Below are positions 58,430 to 64,000 of a DNA stretch of 64,000 nucleotides, in pieces. The stretch spans positions 16,244,001 to 16,308,000 of the forward strand of contig OZ024750.1 in assembly GCA_964016885.1 (NCBI GenBank). Reading direction: 5' to 3'. This stretch comes from Eledone cirrhosa (lineage: Eukaryota). Each line of letters begins with the position of its first letter. The first letter of the stretch is position 1. The position numbers and the translations under genes are program-made. A model generated the notes under the pieces. It was given only the letters and a program-made list of their open reading frames with translations. It made no database searches and was not told the DNA's origin.

Positions 58430-58749
58430 GTTCATAATTTGCGATAAAACATATCCACCGAAGAAGGGAAAATGTCTGCCGAACACAGTATTCAATCCTA
58501 AATTGAAAGCCTGCACTAACGACCGCATTGTTATATGCAAACCCAATAAAAAGCATTGTAAACGAAAGGAACCACACCGTAAATACTTTGCCAGGGAGTT
58601 CTATTTCGGTTGCATTGAGGACCCTATAAAGTTCATACAGTGTGATATGTTCGGCAGAGAATTTCTTATGACCTGTAAAAAACAAGACTGTGTGGTGTGA
58701 TGATGCGCTCACCTGCTGTATACCAGGAAACCTTCCAATTCCCGCATAA
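58430..58749 (+). CDS. Coding exon 4 (terminal): repeats 2 and 3; needs one -1 correction in the A-run 58677-58682
   Basis: cttttccAG; FIICDKTYPPKKGKCLPNTVFNPKLKAC...EDPIKFIQCDMFGREFLMTCKNKTVWCDDALTCCIPGNLPIPA*. Confidence 0.8.
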
Positions 58750-59306
58750 TATAATATGATATAGTATAATATAATATAGTATAGTATAATATTGTATAGT
58801 ATAATATAGTATAATATAATATAATATAGTATAATATAATTGTTTCTACGTTTGGCACAAGGCCAGCAATTACCCAGTGCAATACGGGTACTTTATTTTA
58901 TCGACCCCCGTAAGAATGAAAGGCAAAGTTATATATATTATATATTATATATATATATTATACTATATCATATTATATAATATAATATGATTAGTATAAT
59001 ATAATATAATATAGTATAATATAATATAATATAGTATAATATAGTATAATATAATATAATATAGTCGTTTATTTATCTATTGTTTCTTGATAGATATCAA
59101 CATATTGTTTCTTATAGCCTTGTTTAATTGATTTTTTGTGTGGTTGATTATGCTGATTGGGAGAGGAAATACTGTATATATTTTATCAAATGATTCTATG
59201 GACGTACTTTTTTGTATATTGCTCTGATTGTTGATTATTTAATTAATTAATTCGTCATTGAGCCACACCGTGAATGGATGCCAAAAACACATATATATAT
59301 ATCTAT

Positions 59307-59418
<112 letters not shown>

Positions 59419-59659
59419 GTATACTACATGAATTGACTACTTATATTTCTGTCACCTGTATATCCATAAACTCGCGCTCACAGTTTGATTCCTATGAATA
59501 GCATTGAAAAATACACTTAACGTCAAATAAAAATATAAACATTACTTTATGTACTGAGTGGTGTGTTTTTTTTTTTTTTGCTGCCTTTCGTTTGCAAATA
59601 AATTCAAAAGTATATATATATGTATATATAATGAAAATAATGTAATGTTATAAAGATCC

Positions 59660-59734
<75 letters not shown>

Positions 59735-59789
59735 TAGGTGCGCTTTTCGAACCCTTTTTTCCATTACCATTTTCCTTATGCGTATATAT

Positions 59790-59827
<38 letters not shown>

Positions 59828-59830
<3 letters not shown>

Positions 59831-60083
59831 ATAATAATAAATTTGAAGACTAAAATCCAAAGAGGGCTCGATAAGGATAAATATATATCAAATATATAAG
59901 AACCCTAGAGCAAATATTTATTAAAATAACAGATTAAAGTTTAAGCAAAGAATCGCTGCTTTCACCTTTAACGGGATCTTCTGAAACTAAAAAAATCAAT
60001 CTGTGAACGCAGAAGTAAATATTTCGAAAAACGTTGCAGCCGAAGGCAAACAGGAAGACGATACTTTGGTTCGTAGGGACGTT
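59828..60083 (-). mobile_element. Family D insert
   Basis: Homologous to 38361-38615; (TA)n at the 3' end. Confidence 0.85.
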
Positions 60084-60159
60084 CCCTGGCAATGAACGAA
60101 AAAAAAAAACGAAGATAATACGTCATTACGCACAAAGACAAAACCACGTTTATGGTATA

Positions 60160-60981
60160 TATATATATATAAATGGCAATTTCTGTCTGTTTGTTTGTTT
60201 ATGAACCTAAAACTCAAAAACTACCATACCCATCTTGATAAAATTTGACACGGTGTGGGGCTCATGCCCATTTTATTTTATTTCTTACGTATATTTCATT
60301 TTAATCAAAGTGTTCTCCGGGGGTTCAAACCCCCGCTGAAAACCCTCTCTTAATATTTTCCCTTCAATTTATATGGAATTTAAACCATAGGTAAATGACA
60401 AGATATGATGCCTATTCACAAAATTTCAGCAACTTTCAATAATATTAAGACATCCTAATGGGTGTTAAACCCCCTATAGTAAAAATTTTGGCCAATAAAT
60501 GGAACAAGATTTCACGAACTCTTCCTATGGTTTTGGAGTTAGACCCCCATAACCATATATATTCTGAAACTACATTGCCCAGTGTACTTGGATAAGTAAA
60601 TTTAATTTTAATCAAAGCTGAAGTTTTTCATTAGGACAAAGTATGAAATATATTTTCATGTATTTATTATGTTAAAAAATAAATAAACTTTGAATTTCTA
60701 ATGCTTTACACAAAAATGAAATGATCAAGTTTTGAATTGAAATTTTGAAAAAAATGATTTACAAGATACAAAATAAGAATAAGATTTAATAATGTAATTT
60801 TGATTTGATATATTACAAAAAATAATGTTTTCCAATTTTTCATACATTACATTTTACATTGAGTAATATTGAAATGCAGAGTTTTTCTCTCTCCATAAAT
60901 GATATCACTGATTTAAAATCAATCAACATTTTCTTACAAAAAAATGTGTGAAACGCAGCAAGGTGCGGGTAATTCGGCTAG
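60160..60981 (+). mobile_element. Non-autonomous Helitron-like element
   Basis: 5' (TA)n-aaatggcaatttctgtctgtttgtttg; 3' GC-rich hairpin cgcagcaaggtgcg followed by CTAG|T. Confidence 0.7.
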
Positions 60982-61116
60982 TATATATATATATGTGTGT
61001 GTGTGTGGGGGGGGGGGGGGGATTAATAATTTCCATAGAAAAGGTAAAGGAAAGAAGATTGCTCTATGTATAGTACAGAGCTATTTAATTACATAATAAA
61101 CAACGGAATATAATTA

Positions 61117-61186
61117 TTCCATTACCAAAAGTTTCAAGAAACTAGACGATCCTTACTGAAATCTCCTGCTCGTTCATCAGATGAGA
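61117..61186 (-). ncRNA. Degenerate hammerhead-like motif
   Basis: tctcat-CTGATGA-...-GAAA-cttttgg-TA-atggaa; stems imperfect. Confidence 0.5.
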
Positions 61187-61279
61187 TAGTTATGTTTTGG
61201 ATATAAATTTTGAAATTGATATCTTATATATATATATATATATGTGTATGCATATGTATAATATATATGTATATATATA

Positions 61280-61488
61280 TAATGAAGTACAAGTAAACAG
61301 GTTAGAATTTACTTCATTTTTTCACAATCCCTGTTATACATATTTCTACCGCCAAGGTTTCGACGACGATAAATCTATCGGAGATCGGTTTTTATTTCAC
61401 AACTCTCAATCGAAACCGTGTTGCGTGCTACATTCGCCAGTAGTTTAGTTATAGCTCTGTAGTACACACCTTCGCCAGAAATCATTAA
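61280..61488. mobile_element. Probable 5'-inverted PLE-type insert with an HHR 3' half on the minus strand
   Basis: Reverse complement gtc-GAAA-cc..gg-TA near 61342-61361; plus-strand tail with actc...ttgcgtgct; (TA)n flanks. Confidence 0.55.
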
Positions 61489-61596
61489 TATATATATGTT
61501 AAACAAGCTAATTAGATTAAAAGAAGTCTAGATAATGACTGTCAACTTCAATTTCACATAATGACGGAGACGCGGTATAAATTAACAAAAACCAAA

Positions 61597-62340
61597 ACAC
61601 CAACATCAACAATATCAACACCAACACCAGCACCAACATCAACACCAACATCACCACTGACATCAGCATCACCAACACAAACATCAACACCAACACCAAT
61701 ATCGCCACCAATATCAACACCAACACCAACAACAACATCACCACCAACACCAGCACCAACATCACCATCAACACCAACACCAACACCACCAACACCACCA
61801 CCACCACCAACACCAACATCACCACAAACAACAGCACCAACACCAACACCAACATCACCACCAACACCACCACCACCACCACCACCAACACCAACATCAC
61901 CACCAACACCAACAACAACACCACCACCAACATCAACAACACCAACACCAACACCACCACCAACACAACATCACCACCAACACCAACACCAACATCACCA
62001 CCAACACCAACATCACCACCAACACCAACACCAACACCACCACCACCACCCACCAACACCAACATCACCACCAACACCAACAACAACACCACCACCAACA
62101 TCAACAACACCAACACCCAACACCAACCACCCACCACCACCATCACCAACACACACACCAACACCAACATCACCACCAACACCAACAGCACCACCAACAC
62201 CAACACCACACCACCACCAACACCAACATCACCACCAACACCACCCTCCAACACCAACACCAACACCAACATCACCACCAACACCACCTCCAACACCAAC
62301 ACCAACACCACCACCAACATCAACATCGACAAACCAACAT
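61597..62340. repeat. (CCA/ACA)n low-complexity tract; similar tract at 63610-64000
   Basis: Degenerate trinucleotide repeat. Confidence 0.9.
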
Positions 62341-62494
62341 ATCAACTTCTATAGAAACAACAGCATCTATGTACATACTTTCAAACGAACCCCAAATATA
62401 TTCGCCATATATTACATCTCACTAAACTAAAATCTATTTCCATAAATCAAAGTATACAAGTAGACGAAATGGCCGAGTCGTTAGAACCTGGTGG

Positions 62495-62780
62495 GTGTCT
62501 GCGAATAACCCAGGTTCTGCTGCACGTCGGGCTGAGGAGGTCAAACTCTTCAAATACCGGTCGCTCTCCGACAGGTTTGCGGTCGTTCCCTGGCAGTGGA
62601 GACTTCTGGTGTCCTCGGGCCTAGGGCTACCCCCCTACTCACCAACCACCATAGGCGTTGAGCTGGCCAGCCGCAGGTGGGAGCCTCGCGAGCTGGAATG
62701 GCTTTTCCAGCGCGTCTCCCTTGCCGTCCTCCGGGGAAACGCCTTCTCCATTCTGCCCGCCGGGGCTGTGGGGAGGCCAC
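62495..62780 (+). mobile_element. CRE-clade endonuclease fragment
   Basis: SANNPGSAARRAEEVKLFKY...LFQRVSLAVLRGNA. Confidence 0.85.
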
Positions 62781-63135
62781 CAATATGGTTGACTGACTTG
62801 TCGTTTTATCAGTCAAATGTTTTTAGACGTCTGTGTAGAACAGTAGTATGTTTTCTGTGATAGTCACTTTGGTTTTCTGGGCTCTCAGCTGAAATCACAC
62901 TCAAGACCAATTTTGACATTTCGACTTTCATCCGTTTGAGTTCGAGAAAATAATATACCTGTCCAGTATTAAGGGCAATTTCCCCCCCCCCCCCCCCCCC
63001 CCCCCCCCTCCCCCTCTCTCTCACTCTCCCCCTCTCTCCCCTCTCTCCTCTCTCCCCTCTCCCACTCCTCCTCTCCCCCCCCCCTCTCTTCTCTCCTCTC
63101 TCACTCTCTCTCTCTCTCCCCCTCTCCCCCTCTCT

Positions 63136-63257
<122 letters not shown>

Positions 63258-63258
63258 T

Positions 63259-63295
<37 letters not shown>

Positions 63296-63308
63296 CTTTT
63301 CTCTCTCT

Positions 63309-63348
<40 letters not shown>

Positions 63349-64000
63349 CCACATAGATGCATACATAGATATCATCAACACACGATATTTGCCGGAGTTT
63401 CCTTCCTTGGCACGAACGAAACGTTAGGTGCGGCGGCGCTGCATCTATATCGATCTGTATCACGGACTGATTCGATGACGTCAGTGTTACCTTGGTGATT
63501 AGCAACAAGTACTCGCTTTCCAAAAGGAGGCTGTATGTTTAATCAAGGACAATTACTGCCGAAAATCTTCTTTAGGCTTAAAATCTCGAGTGACATGACA
63601 TTTGATTCAGACACCACTCCCACCAACAACGGCCCCACCACCAATAACACGACCCCTACACTAATACTACCAATACATCTACCACAACTACCAACATAGC
63701 CACCACTACCACCACTACCACCACTAACAACATAGCCACCACTACCACCACTACCACCACTAACAATATAGCCACCACTACCACCACTGCCACCACCACC
63801 ACCACCACCACTACCACCACCACCACCACCAGTACGACCACTGACACCACTACTACCCCCACTACCACCACCACCACCACCACTATCACCACTAACAACA
63901 TAGCCACCACTACCACCACTACTACCACTACCACCACCACTACCACCACTACCACCACTACCACCACTACAACCACTGACACCACTACTACCCCCACTAC

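Noticed and set aside
61517-62430. Pro/Thr-rich mucin- or extensin-like ORF and its Val-rich antisense
   Set aside because: Degenerate trinucleotide repeat that changes frame freely; no supporting gene structure.

Overview
Eukaryotic, AT- and microsatellite-rich DNA with one 200-N gap (50202-50401). The SINE families and microsatellite load suggest an octopus or other cephalopod (inference). Almost every entry in the ORF track is a (TA)n/(CA)n/(GA)n artefact. Real content: (1) A near-perfect 4.3-kb palindrome (arms 30605-32771 and 32774-34940) made of two head-to-head, 5'-truncated copies of a Penelope-like retroelement (PLE) with RT, Cys knuckle and GIY-YIG domains, inserted in (TA)n. (2) About 30 short non-coding inserts from about ten families, mostly in (TA)n tracts. 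They carry roughly 20 type I hammerhead-ribozyme (HHR) folds. Many share one architecture: an inverted duplication where one arm keeps a 40-90 nt 3' tail and the other stops at a fixed internal site, in most families just 5' of a shared ACTC...GAGYRC hairpin. Two related families occur as more-than-unit-length tandems (466 and about 396 bp) that read through the ribozyme cleavage site, like retrozymes. (3) A 4-coding-exon host gene missed by the ORF track (53268-58749, +) for a secreted protein of about 242 aa with three chitin-binding-like Cys repeats, broken by four probable homopolymer indels. (4) CRE, R4/Dong, RTE and Tx1 LINE fragments, hAT and piggyBac-type MITEs, a non-autonomous Helitron, more than 20 tRNA-derived SINEs and several minisatellites. 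Everything was read by eye; no searches or folding programs were run.
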